The notes under the pieces are model-generated. The model searched no databases, was not told where the DNA came from, and saw nothing but the letters and a program-made list of their open reading frames with translations. Below are positions 1-12,830 of a DNA stretch of 64,000 bases, in pieces (positions within the stretch are counted from its first letter, which is position 1; every line of letters begins with the position of its first letter). The DNA lies in the NCBI RefSeq assembly GCF_009834535.1, contig NC_045697.1, positions 23,934,001 to 23,998,000 of the forward strand, read 5' to 3'. Both the position numbers and the translations under genes were made by a program. Origin of the DNA: Camelus ferus (Eukaryota).

Positions 1-634
1 ACTAATACTTTTTTTGAAATCCCATGGAAATTGCCTGTGAAATTCATAGGAAAATACTCTTTGTCACAAAGTTGAATGTGCAAGGATAAGTTTTGATATG
101 GTGTCAATGTATCAAAATAACACATTTCATGCTGCGTGATAAAATTTTCACCACCGTCAACCTCAAGAAAAATAATACTTTAACAGGTTTACAAGAAGGC
201 AAAACATGCTTCATTATCGCCTTGAATATTTCATGAGATCAAAGGAAGGATGTTTTTTTCCTAGAGAAAAATCTGTTTCGTTACTGAGAAAAACTTGTTT
301 GGGTATAAAAAGGTCAACATTTCTGAGATAGATGTTACATTTTTTTACTTAAAATAAGTAAGAATTTCCAAATTTTTCTAGCATTAAACCCCTACATTCC
401 TATAGTTCCAATAAAATTATGTTTGTATTCATTTTGAATTTATATTTTGAATGAAAAATGCACATTTTTAAAAATAGTAAAGAAAAAAACTAATGTTATG
501 ATAAAAATTAATTTTAGTGTCTTGGGCGACATAATGTATACAAAGCCATTAGAGTATGCTCTATCTCCATCGGCATCTAAGAGCTCCTTCTCACTAACTG
601 GTCTTAGACAAATGATTTCACTTTTCTAGGCTGT

Positions 635-1034
635 TGTATTAATATACTGGAGTACCATAACTAAATATCACAGACTGGGTGGCTTAAACACCAAAAATTT
701 ATTTTCCCATAATTCTGGAGGTTGAATGTCCAAGATAAAGGTGCTGGCAGGGTTCGTTTTCTTGAAACCTCTCTCCTTGGCTTGCAGATGGCCACCTTCT
801 CTTTGTGTCCTCACATAGTCTTTCCTCTGTATGCACACCTCTGGTGTTTCTCCCTGTATTCTAATTTCTTCTTACAAGAATACCAGTGAAATTAGATTAG
901 GGCCCACCATCATGGCCTCACTTTATCTTAATTACCTCTTTAAGGGTCTCTCTCCAACTATAGTCATATTCTGAGGTACTGAGGGTTAGGACATCAACAT
1001 GAGTTTTGAGGGGAGCACAGTTCTGTTCATAATA
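635..1034 (-). mobile_element. ERVL-MaLR solo LTR (MLT1B/MLT1A-like)
   Basis: Typical MLT1 text: 'cacagactgggtggcttaaac', 'ggcttgcagatggccaccttctc', 'cacat/catattctgaggtactgagggttaggacatcaac'; ~400 bp; subfamily from memory. Confidence 0.85.
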
Positions 1035-1835
1035 GCCCCAGTTTTTTTCAGAATGAAATGAAGCAGAAACATTAATTTAAAAGTCACATTAGTATAAGCA
1101 CTGAACAGAAATTCATTTAACTAATCAATCCAACTTGACAACTAGTAAAATTAAACCAGACTTTCACATAACTACAAATATAATTTTTGAGAAATTATTG
1201 AGGCATAACAATTTTCTTTTTTCATTTGTAATGCTCAAAAAACAATTATTTAATTAACCCCAAATATATCCAGAATCATTCATAGCAGCATAATATTATA
1301 TTGAGACAAATTTTCAATATCAAATAACAGCCAAATTAACAAGACCAAAATTCTGTCTTACCGAAACATATCTCTACTTCTCTTTCAGTTGATCTACACT
1401 TGGTCAATTTCTCACCTCATCTGTAAACTTATCTCTATAATCCCCATTTTGTTAGCAATGTGTATACTACTTTGGAGAAGGATTGCATCTATTTTAGTGT
1501 CTGGAAAAAATTAAATTTTAGTAGCAGAAAAGTGTCTTTTAAATAACTGAAATGTTATAAAGCTTCGTATGTTGAAGATAATCTATATCAAGCTTGTTGC
1601 CAGTATAATCTTAAATGATGATTTAATAGAAGCACTTATGCCCAATATTACTAATATTCTTTAAAATTATTCAAGGACAGATTGGTCAGTGCATGAACAA
1701 TAACAGCAACGAAGGAGGTACACCTATGTAAAAATGTTAGAAATTTCCTTATTTGAAGATATGATTTTTTTAAAAAATCTAGGCAGCTGGGGAAAACAAA
1801 GGAGATATGCACTATAATTTAAAAAAATGAATAAA

Positions 1836-2793
1836 AGATTTTACAAAATTCAACATCCATTTATTATAAAAACTCTCCAGAATATGGGCAGAGAGGGACT
1901 ATACCTCAACATAATAAAGGCTGTATATGACAGACACAGCTAACATCATGCTCAATGATAAAAAGCTGAAAGCATTTCCTCTAAGATCAGGAATGTCCAC
2001 TCTTGCCACTTTTATTCAACTTAGTTTTGGAAGTTCTAAAGTCACAGCAATTGGAAAAGAAATCTAAATTAATAAAAGGAATACAGATTGAAAAGGAAGA
2101 AGTAAAACGGTCACTGTTTGTAGATGACATGATACTATACATAGAAAATCCTAAAGATGCCACCAGGAAACTACCAGAGCTCATCAATGAATTCAGTAAA
2201 GTTGAAGAATACAAAATTAACATACAGAAATCTGTTTCATTTCTATGCACTAAGAACAAAATATCAGAAAGATTAATTAAGGAAACAATCCCATTTACCA
2301 TCACATCCAAACTAGTAGAGTACCTAGGAATAAACCTACCTGTAGAGGTAAAAGACCTGTACTTGGTAAAGTAGAAAAATCTCATGAAAGAAATTGAAGA
2401 TCAAACAAACAAATGAAAATATATACTATGTTCTTGGATATGAAGAATTAACATTGTTAAAATGACCATACCACCTGAGGCAATCTACAGAGTCAGTGCA
2501 ATCCCTGTCAAAATACCAATGGCGTTTTTCACAGAACTAAAATAAATAATTGTAAAATTTGTATTGAAATACAAAAGAGCCAAATAGCCAAAAGAATCTT
2601 GAGAAAGAAGAGAGCTGGAGGAATCCTGCTTCCTGACTCCAGTGTAAAATAAGCTTCAAGGATATATTGTACAATAAGAGGAATATAGCAAATATTTTAT
2701 AATAGCTAAAAATAGAGTATATCTTTAAAATTGTGAATCACTACATTGTACACATAACTTATATAATATTGTATATCAACTATTCTTTAATTT
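1836..2793 (+). mobile_element. 5'-truncated, internally deleted LINE-1 (RT region joined to the terminal 3' UTR)
   Basis: ORF2 RT-like sequence 1836-~2640, then L1 3'-end text 'caaggatatattgtac...ttgtgaatcactacattgtacac...gtatatcaactat'; flanked by aaaaaaat[g/t]aataaa at 1821-1835 and 2794-2808. Confidence 0.85.
2003..2374 (+). pseudogene. L1 ORF2p reverse-transcriptase fragment (degenerate)
   Basis: Translation PLLFNLVLEVL...IKGIQIEKEEVKRSLFVDDMILYIENPKD...KINIQKSV...YLGINL matches L1 RT; catalytic FADD motif reads FVDD. Confidence 0.9.
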
Positions 2794-2949
2794 AAAAAAA
2801 TTAATAAATGAAATATTATTTCTATAGACAATAAAAATGTAAAGTATCTCACAGGTAATATGTAGGATATTCTTTGTGTTACCTACATGATATGTCAGAT
2901 AGATGATAGATAAATAGAAAGACAGATAAATAGACAAAAGGACACAGAA

Positions 2950-3160
2950 AACAACATGGATTTTAACTGTGAGTATCCACTTACTGGGGAATTTTTTTTC
3001 AATAAATATAGGCAGTACTACACAATCTGCAGTTGATTGAAGCCAGGGATGCAGAAACTCCGATACAGAGGGCCAGCTATGGAATTTGAGCATCTGAGAA
3101 TTTTGTAATACACAGAGGCTCCTGGAACCAATCCCCTGCAAATATCAATGGACAACTGTA
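2950..3160. mobile_element. TcMar-Tigger non-autonomous element (Tigger3/MER2-like)
   Basis: 'gatgcagaaactccgatacagagggccagct', 'cctggaaccaatcccctgc...ggacaactgta' right TIR followed by TA; left TIR eroded. Confidence 0.75.
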
Positions 3161-3649
3161 TATTTTAAATATATCCCATACATACATACATACATTTTTC
3201 TTAAGAACTACAAAATAAATCTGAGCAAATGTAGAGAAAATTCTACATTGTATCTGGATGTTAGATGTTATAAAGATGTCAGTTTCTCCCAAAATAAATA
3301 TATGCTCAATATGATGATAACCAAATGTGAGTTATTTTTAAAAGTTCAAATGAAGAAGTCAATTGATAAGAAAGTAGAAACTTCAGAGGAAAAAAAGGCA
3401 ACTGAAAGGACTTAGCAGAAATTAAGGCATATATTAAGCTTCCAATGACTAGCCATTTATGGTCTTTTTTCCAGAGTAGAGAGCCTGATTTATATACAAA
3501 ATGGGAGCCTAGAATCTGAATAATTTAATGTATGTTGAAGAAAACTAAATAACCTAAGGTAATGAAATGTTTAATGAATAGTACTTGGCAAGATTCTAGA
3601 TGTAAAAAGACTTTAATAACAAAAAATGCAAGGGGAAATATAATCTAGG

Positions 3650-4050
3650 GAAACATCAGTGGTCCTATTTCCTCATCTCCACATTTCCACTCTTACACAA
3701 ATCCTGTTGATTTGACCATAAAAACATATTCCCGAAGAGCGATAAGACAAAATTTATACTCAAACAGTTACAACCACAGCCTACACTGTAACCTCTATAC
3801 TGCACTGTCTTGTAAAACATCTTTGGAATTTATCTAGAATTGAAAGAATAACTTTCAGCCTCTTCCTATGACATATAAAGGCCTACATAAACTTCCTGCC
3901 TCCATCCTATCCCATTTATATGACTGCCACTACTCTTTCACAAGCCTTCAGTCATACCAGTCTTCCTTTGAATTCCTTGCACTTGCCAAGGTGATTCTCA
4001 ACAAACACCTTTTGCTTTTTTATTCTCTTCTGCCTGGCTTTTCTCAGCAT
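3650..4050 (+). mobile_element. L2 fragments (highly diverged)
   Basis: L2-like text such as 'tatgacatataaaggcctacataaacttcctgcctcc' and 'gccttcagtcataccagtcttcctttgaattccttg'. Confidence 0.5.
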
Positions 4051-4061
4051 CCTTCCAGTAT

Positions 4062-5169
4062 TAACTCAGAAAATGATTTCAGAAGTATTTCTTCTGCAGT
4101 TTTTTGGAATACTTTGAAAAGAATAGATGTTAACTCTTCTCTAACTGTTTGATGCAGTTTACCTGTGACATCAACTGATCCTGGACTTCTGTTTGTTGGG
4201 AGGTCTTTTTTTGTTTTTTTGTTTTATTTTGTTGAATTAATGATTCAATTTCATTACTAGTAATTGGTCTGTTAATATTTCCTATTTCTTCCTGGTTCAA
4301 CCTTGGGTTACTGTATATTTCTAGGAATTTGCCCATTCTTCTAGACTGTACATTTTATTGGTGTATAATTGTTTGCAATAATCTCTTATGATCCTCTGTA
4401 TTTCTGTGGTATCAGTTGTAACTTCTTTTTCACTTCTGATTTTGTTGATTTGGCCCTTCTTCTTTTATTCTTGAATACCCTAGCTAAAGTTTTATCAATT
4501 TTGTTGATCATTTCAAAAGACCAGCCTTTAATTTTATTGATCTTTTCTTTTTTTGAGTCTCTATTTTATTTATTTCTGTTCTGATCTTTATTTAATTCCT
4601 TCTTCTAAGTTCAGGTTTTGTTTTTTCCTTCTTTTTCTAGTTCCTTTAGGTATAAGTTTAGGTTGCTTAATTGAGGTTTTTCTTGTTTCCTGTGATAGGC
4701 CTATGTCACTGTAAGCTTCCCTCTTAGGTGCTTTTGCTATGTCCCATAGATTTTGGGTGGTTCTGTCTTTATTTGTTTTCATTTGTTACAAGGTTTTTGT
4801 GTCTGTGTGTGTGTGTTTTAGTTTCTTCTTTGATTTCTTCAGTGATCCATTGGTTGTTTAGTAGCATATTGTTTAGCTTCCACATGTTTATGTTTTTTTC
4901 TTGTAGTTGATTTCTAGTCTCAAAGTGTTGTGGTCAGAAAAGTTGCTTGATATGATTTCAGTTGTCTTAAATTTAGTCTAACTTGTTTTGTGGCCTAGAA
5001 TGTGATCTAGCACGTGATCTATCCTGGAGACTATTCCATGTGCACTTGAAAAGAATGTGTTTTCTGTTGCTTTTGGATGGAATGTTCTATACAATCTTTT
5101 AAGTCAGTTTGGTCAAGTGTGGCATTTAAGGTGGGCATTTACTTATTTATTTTCTGTCAGAATGATCTA
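4062..5169 (-). mobile_element. LINE-1 ORF2 N-terminal fragment (endonuclease C-terminus to Z region)
   Basis: Minus-strand translations 'MGKFLE...PRLNQEEIGNINRPITSNEIESLI' and 'TTQNLWDIAKA' are L1 ORF2p motifs; many stops and frameshifts. Confidence 0.9.
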
Positions 5170-5559
5170 AGACCTCAAGTTTTAATATGTGAAAAAGACA
5201 CTGAAGATTCATATATTTGGAAATGCAAATGTTAAATAAGTGTATGAAATGATTTAAATTGCAAACTCATTCCCTTTGGGAATTTATATTATCCTGGTGA
5301 GATGTGCAAAAAACATGTAAATAAATAAATTGGTGTCAGCATTGATAAATACATGTATAACAGGTAAACTAGTAAGAATTGATAAGAAGAGTTAATTAAA
5401 GCACAGTAAGGATATAGAATGCATAGACTTTCACTGAAATCACTGTTAATATTTATTAAGCTTTTATATAAAAGCATGCATCTAAGTTTTTTACAAAACT
5501 GTTGTATTAAACATAAACAGCACTTATGATGAACTATCAAATACCCTAAAATTTTCCTA

Positions 5560-5660
5560 AAACACGTAGAAACTAAGAAATAAAGAGGTTAAGATACTTG
5601 CCCAAGACACACACACCATCAAAACACAAAGTCTGACTCCAAGATATTCAAGCCCATGCT
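5560..5660 (-). mobile_element. MIR fragment
   Basis: MIR core 'gaaactaag...agaggttaagatacttgcccaagacacac'. Confidence 0.6.
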
Positions 5661-8327
5661 TTTAAGAAATAAGTTACTATCTCAATGAATATTTTGTACT
5701 AACTATTAATAAACAAGTGAGTAAGTGTTTGTATATTTTCTGTTTGGCCAAATTCATCAAATTATATTCAAAATTACTAAGTTGTGTTTCAATTACTTTT
5801 ATTTGCAAACATAAGAAAATCATATCCCTATGACCTAATCTTAACTTTGACCTCAAAGTATGTGAACTCACATTTTTCTGTTAGCATGAACATCTGACAG
5901 ATAAGATACTTATTTTCATTTATTTAATTGTTCTTCTTAAAATGTTGTGATGAAAATTTTATATCCTAACTACAAAATTATCACAGAAACTATCAAATTA
6001 AGAATTTTTGTTGAAATATTGTATTTATAATTCAGGGTAGAATAAAGCAGAGTCACAAGCACTCCTCAGTTTCTTCAGTGTTTCACTGATTTATTCATTA
6101 GTTCATTCTGTCAGTCATTCATTATGAGAAAGGATTGTGGGATTATGGCTTATAGTGAGAAAAATAGTTGAATTCTATTTTAGATTTTCTTGCCCTCAAA
6201 ATTATAAATTTTTCACATTATAATCAAAGGAAATAGAAAGAAAAAGAAGATGGAAGGTATACAAACACTGTTACCTTTGGAGATGAGAGGCTTGAGAGGC
6301 TTTTTTCCCACCTTTTCTTGAATATCTAGCTTTTTCTCATACAACTTTTTCCCTACTAGATCCAGAAACATCTATTTGTAGAAACAAAAGTAGAGAAAAA
6401 TTTGGATTGCATCTCTTTGTGTTGGTTTTCACTGAATGAGTAAATACAATGTAAAAATAATAGGGTTATCTGTAAATAAAAAACAGAACAAATAAATACA
6501 AATTATTTATCTATATCTTGTTCCTATTTTTTACCTTAAATATTATGGATGAGATAAATTCAACATTTCAGATAAATTTATTCCACAAATTTCTAAATAT
6601 ATATATGTGAATATAAATGTAAATTCACATCCACACTGTCATAAGAAGTTTTATTTTGTCACATTTTAATTATATCATATTTATAATTAAAATGTCTAAT
6701 TATCCCAATTTTTTATTAAACAACTGTCAAGTGCATCAGATATATCCAGAATAAAAACTCACATTGCTTCCAATCTGATGTGTGGCCAGGCGTAAAGAAG
6801 CCTTTCACAATACAGAAAAGCAATGTGATGATTTTATGTACTTTGGGGTTGTGAGATTGAATTTATTAAAAGGATTAAAGATCTCTGTTTTCCATTATTT
6901 TTCTATGTTAATAAATAAATTCTACTCCAATAAGCTGTGTTTTTTTCTGCTAAATATTCAGTATGTTCAAATGGAACCTAATAGCAATTACTGACCTTTG
7001 TATCTTACTAAAAAAAACTATTAAAAGTAATGAATTCAGATTTTTGGTAAATGCTTTTGTTTTCTGATTTTTCTTATAAGAAGTATATGTTAATATTGAA
7101 CTATAAATACAGATGTCAAATAAGCAGGACTTTTTTTTTTCTTGTTTTAATTTCAAGCACTGTCATTTATTATCCCACATACTTTTCTTATCCTACTTTT
7201 GACCCAATAGTTGAGGGGGGATTCATGAATATGTATTTGAGTGTACTAAGGGTCAAGTTGAAGCAAGGTAATGAACCAGCACTCCTTTGTCCTCACTTTT
7301 CTCTGTAGGAGTTGATCATTTCTTAACGTGGCACTTTACATAATATATGGAGGGCAAGGGTGCCTTCTGCCTCCCACTCGCCCTCCCCTGGAGGTGCAAA
7401 GGCAGGGTGCTGCCTTATCAAAATCACCTCTGTCTGTAAACGCTTTCTATTGCATCTGAACAAACAAGAGCAAATAAAATCATAGGTATGCATGCTGAAA
7501 ACATTTTTCTTATTCATTATGTGATGTTTAGGTTTACTCAGGTCGTATCTGGTATTTAGTTGTGAGATCACAAATCACAATTCCTGGAGAACTCTGTGTG
7601 AACAAGTTTTTTGTTTTTTGGTTTTTGTTTCTGTGAGTTTTTTTGGGAACATAATTGCTGCCCTTAACAGAGTATGTGCTATCAGGAAAAGAAGCTGAAT
7701 TCTACCCAGATTCTTTTGTTAGGATTTGGTTCAACTATCCCCAAAAGTTCTATTCAGGTGTTTCAGTTTGAACTAGTTATTCTATATAGGAGATCACATA
7801 ACAAGGACTTTTGCCCTGAGCTTCAAAATCTAGTCTACAGTAGCACATAGACACCCAGCTGGTCCAGTACAACAACGAAAAAATTAAGCTGCTAATCACT
7901 CCTTCAAAAAGTAAAACAAATATATTCAGTTTTAGTGTGGAAGCAGAACAGCTATTAAAACAAATTTTCTGACTTAATGCTTGTTTGTTTTAATGGAGAA
8001 TATTAATATTCAGATGGGATAAATGGAGTGAATTGATCCTCACTTACATTATTCAATTTAATTTTAAATATATAATTAGTTTTCATTATGACTCTAAAAT
8101 GGTGATTTTTTTTTTACATAGAGAGTGTTGTCTTTATAACTTAAATGTTTTAGCCTTATGAAAAACCCAGAATGTTTATTTCCTATGTTTTATGACCCCT
8201 TCTCAATTTACAGATAGTTTCTCTGATACTGGAAAGTTCTACTGAAAATTTTCACCTGCATACAAATGAAAACTATGAATTATATATCACTAAAAATACC
8301 CCGATATTTTGGAAGAGCTTAAAATAA

Positions 8328-8438
8328 CATAGTAGCCGTCAAGTGCAGGTTTCTCATCTTTGGATTCAAACATATTTAGTTCTGTGGTTGTTTAAATCCA
8401 CGGTTGTAGAACCTGAGGATACAGAGTCAACTCTGTAT
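8328..8438. mobile_element. Short TcMar-Tigger MITE (MER2/MER8-like)
   Basis: Quasi-palindromic 'tgcaggtttctcatctttggattcaaac ... gtttaaatccacggttgtagaacctgaggatacagag...ctgta'. Confidence 0.55.
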
Positions 8439-10118
8439 GTTTAGATTTTTTTTAACCTTTAACAACTTGTTTAATTTTAAGAAGGATGGTTTTCCATTAG
8501 ATTGTTAAGGAAAAAAGATTATATATGCTAAAGCTAAAATGACAGTAACCCTAGTATAAACAAGTGGTTTGTGGAAGTACAATTATTAGTTTTAAACTTT
8601 GCTCTTATTTATTTTATGATACATTAAGATTCTACCTTTTTGTTGCCATAGTTACAGACCTTAGTGGAATAATTTAACAAAGTTAAGTCTGATTGGACAG
8701 TGTTCCCAAACCATTACTTGTCCAAACATCTGTTGCCTGCAGTTTTCATTTAAACTCCTCCTTCTTTCATATATAATTTTGTTCTAAACTTTCAGTGCCT
8801 CAGAAATGTATTGTATTATGAATAAAAGGAAATTGTTGAGGGCGGGAGAAGGTCAACAATATTTCTTTAAGATGTGCCTTGCAATAGTAGGAAAAAACTC
8901 CAATTATTTTAAGTGGAGGAAATATCAATGTTCTTTTAGTTCATTGAGTCAGACCCCATTTAGTTAGTGTTTTGTCTCAGAAAGAATATGTACCCAAACT
9001 GCAAGCAGATGCCAGCTACATTTTTGGATTTATATGCATATTTTATTAATTCAGGGCTTCTATCATAAGAATCTAAATTTTACATGCAAAAGCACATGTT
9101 TTATGAAATTATAAGAGCAATTCTTAGAAATAAAGTTTTCTTATATTTAAGCAAGTATCTGTCTGACATTCCATGATACTTTACTAAAATGGTAATTAGA
9201 AAGAAATCCATTGCACTTTGACTGTACAAGTGAGATTTTCAGCACCTCATGTAGAAAATTCTGATAGACCAACTTGTCTAGCACACTGAAGTGTTCCTTG
9301 TTATGTAGCTGTGGATACTTTCTAGTACATTTGGACTGGAGCACAGATGAGGCTGACAGTATGTAAGAGGAACATGGATCAGAAACTCAGACTGAAGTAT
9401 TTTGAGTCTAGACTTCATTTCTTATACCAAATTGTCTTTTAGGAATCCAAAACCCCTACGACTTACTGTATGTTCTTTGTCCAAGACGTAGAACTCTTAA
9501 TTTTTAACAATGAAAATATTTGCAACTTAGAGCTAAATTAGAATTATCTCCATGAACCAAACTTTAATTTAACATAAAATGATCATTTGTTTTGGCATTT
9601 AACAGCATTTGTTATTATTCTTATATTCATTATCTATTTTTTTAATTGTAGTAATTTTGTGTGTTTGTCATTTCTACAACTAAATTATAAACTCTTTGAT
9701 AACAATTATGTATAGTTTATTTTTATTTCTCTTAAATGAATACTAATACTGTTGTTCATGTTAAAGTATCAACATTCCACTAATATTTTGTGAATGAATG
9801 AATAACATTTATAAGCAGAATATTTAAATACTGTAAATAAAACATCTAGTCAGCAAATGGCTGTATGATCACATTAATCAGTTCTGACTAGATATAAAGC
9901 ATAAAACAATATGGAATACATATAGGGCAAAAAATAGAAGCAGTACAGAACAGGACTGAAGAGAGTTGATTATAGCAATCAGGCAGATGGGTTGAAGCAG
10001 GCCAGGGCCACAGGAGCAGCAGCTGCAGCAGGAGAAATGGTCAGAAACGGTCACAGCCCCAAACAAAGAGCAACATGACAGAAAGACTGGCCAGTGGCAG
10101 CAGGGAGAAAAAAACTGC

Positions 10119-10134
10119 ATATATATATATATAT
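10119..10134. repeat. (TA)n microsatellite
   Basis: atatatatatatatat run. Confidence 0.9.
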
Positions 10135-11012
10135 GTAGTGGTAAGAAAGAGTACCATATTGGGTGACACTCTCATCCAAGAGAAAGTAATATAAGCAGAA
10201 GTACATTCAGTACATTCTAGTAATCAAGGCCTAAAGGCCCTCATTGTACAGATGAAAAAGACAGAAAAACACATTTTAAAAAAAAAGTATATAGCTACTA
10301 AAGAATAAAGAGCCATATAGGCATTCATGCTTCTAAATGAAAGAATTTTGACCGTTTAAAAGATTACATTCCCTGTATTTAAAATTGGGCTGAAAACAGT
10401 GGATTACTGAAACAGCATAATATCAGTACTCTCCCTGTCTATCTCCTTTCCTTCCTTCCTTCCTTTCTCTTCCTTTTTTTTCTTCTATAAACCTGTTTTT
10501 CTTTTCCTTCTTTGTAAACCAATCACTCAGAGAGGAAAACACACAATTCCTAACTTAATTTAAGCAAAAGCATTTTTTCTTTTTTCTTTTTCCTTCCCTT
10601 TTCTCCTTTCTCTCTCCCCTAGCTGCATGTCTTATTAGAAGATATTCTATGGATTTTTAAATTGTGTACCTTAGAGATGAATTTGGTAGCATATTGGCAA
10701 TTGTGAGTGTTAATAAACATTTTGTCAACCTTCCTTTCCTGAGGCATAATAACTATGTGGCATTAAAACTGAAGAATGCATTCTCAAGGGCAAATAGCAA
10801 GTAATTAATTTAATTTTGCTTAATTGGAAAATTAAATTAAATGTAACTACTGATCCCAAGGGTAAGAAAGTTGAAGTAGCCTAATGTAGTCATCAAAATA
10901 TTGGAGTACCCAACACATTTGCACTTTCATATAAAGATGCTTTTTTTCTTGCCTAGTGTTTACGATTTGTTATAAACCATATTCTAAATTATTTTTCAAT
11001 ATTCCTATTCCA

Positions 11013-11590
11013 TGTAGTAGGCTGAATAATACCTCCCCCCAACCTTTGCCTCATCCCCAGTAACTGTGAATGTTACTTTACATGGCAAGGGAGAATTAAG
11101 GTCTTAGATGAAATTTAGTTGTTAATCAGCAGACCTTAAAATAAGCAGATTATCCAGGTGAATACAGTGTAATGAAAAGGTTTTTAAAAGTGGAACAGAG
11201 TGGCAGAAGTCAGAGTAACGCAAAGTGAGAAGGGATTGAGTACTGGCTTTGAAGATGGAAGAGAGTGACAAGCCTAGGAATACAGGCAGCCTCTGTAATG
11301 GAAGAAGCAAGGAAACAGATTCTCCTTTAGAGCCTCCAGAAGGAGTACAGCCTTGCCGAGATCTTGATTTTAGCCAATGAGACCAGTTTGGAACATATGA
11401 CCTCCAGAATTGCAAGATCATAAGTTGCATTAAGTTACTACTAGTTGTTGTTTTTTTTTTAAACATATTTTATGTTTTATTTTTTAAGATTTTTTAACTG
11501 AGTTATAATCATTTTACAATGTTGTGTCAAATTCCAGTAAGTTACTACTAATTGTTGTAGCAATTTGTTACAACCATAGAAACCTAGCGT
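11013..11590 (+). mobile_element. ERVL-MaLR solo LTR (MLT1D-like), interrupted by a tiny L1
   Basis: Starts tgtagtaggctgaataat; contains 'gttactttacatggcaag', 'tggctttgaagatggaag', 'aaggaaacagattctcctttagagcctccagaagga', 'gacctccagaattgcaagat'. Confidence 0.9.
11452..11537 (-). mobile_element. Ultra-short L1 3'-end insertion with poly(A)-derived tail and 21-bp TSD
   Basis: Reverse complement of 'ctggaatttgacacaacattgtaaaatgattataactcag' plus A-rich tail; TSD taagttactacta[g/a]ttgttgt at 11431-11451 and 11538-11558. Confidence 0.9.
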
Positions 11591-12749
11591 CTTCTATATG
11601 GTTATTATAAACCTCCAACAGCTTTGAGTCAAATAATATTTTATTTTTGAAGTAACAAATCAGGCCTATGAGATAAAAATATCTGAAAGATCTCAAATTG
11701 AAATAACTATGTGCTTTGGTTATTATCACTGAATTTAACTAATATGAAAAACATTGTTATTTTAGTAATATTTAGAGTTTTGAAGACTAGTTGCAATGTA
11801 AACTCAAAGTTAAGATTCAAAGTCTTGGGTTACCAGTTGATTTCAGAATGAATTATTCAATAATGATAACAAGAAAGTATCATCTTTCCATGTGAGCCAG
11901 AAAAAGTAAAAAAAAAAAATTACCTTTCCCTGGCATATATTCTCAGTTTATTAAAGAAGCCATCTTAAAGGAGTCAAATATATGTTGGATGAATATATAA
12001 TAAAGAATTAGAAATAGTTATTTCAAAATATAATCATATACTAAAAACAAACAAGCAAACAAAAAGCACTTCTCAAAGGTACTTCTCTCTGTGAAGTCTT
12101 TACTACTTTCCCAGGCCACTAAAGTTGCCACTTTAAATGAAAATTTAAGAATACTTTGATAGTACTTTTTTGCCTGACATCACCATTGTTGCTTTATATG
12201 TAATCCCTCAGCCATAGAAGGTATATTATTTAAAAGCAAAAATACAGCACAGCACCTAGGACACTTTATCAGTATTTATGGAACAAATTAAGTACCTGAT
12301 TAAATTCTAGAAATATGTCTTTTAATCTAAGGTCCTTTGTTTGTTCTGATAAGGTGTCGGGTATTGTCAGTATGATGGATACATGTCACTCTGTGTTCTT
12401 AACCACTACATACCAGTTAGCAGATAAAACTGGAAAATCTGTGGTGACAAATTAATGTACTTATTAAAGAATCTCATTTTAAGCAGCTAGTTTTTAACCT
12501 CCATATGCTGGGTACCCACTTACTATGGTACACTGAAAGAGGGACCATTTCACTCTGAATGGGATAACTTTATAAAAAGGTTTAAATGCCTTTATTTATA
12601 TCCTTCTGATCTATTTTGCTTTTAAAACTAGTAACCACTACTCCTATTTATATTTATTTGTAGTTTAAAGGTATTTTCTTTGTTTCTTGGGTGCTAAATA
12701 AATGCAGATTAATCATAAGATGAAATAAAGCCTGTTCTTCTCACCCAAA

Positions 12750-12830
12750 CAGCTAGACTTAAATCCCAGTCCTAATACAATGTTGGTAACTCTGAGCAAG
12801 TCAATAAACTGCTTGGTGACTCAGTTTCCT
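12750..12830 (+). mobile_element. MIR fragment
   Basis: 'ttaaatcccagtc...ggtaactctgagcaagtcaataaactgcttggtgactcagtttcc'. Confidence 0.6.

Noticed and set aside
1987..2385. 132-aa hydrophobic minus-strand ORF, with similar ORFs at 38261-38641, 55015-55233 and 59413-59946
   Set aside because: Antisense shadows of L1 ORF1/ORF2.
7385..7395. CTCF-like motif around cgccctcccctggagg
   Set aside because: Several mismatches at core positions of the consensus.
9878..10120. Cys-rich 80-aa ORF (CCSCCSC)
   Set aside because: Arises from a short gcagcagct repeat on the opposite strand; no splice or homology support.
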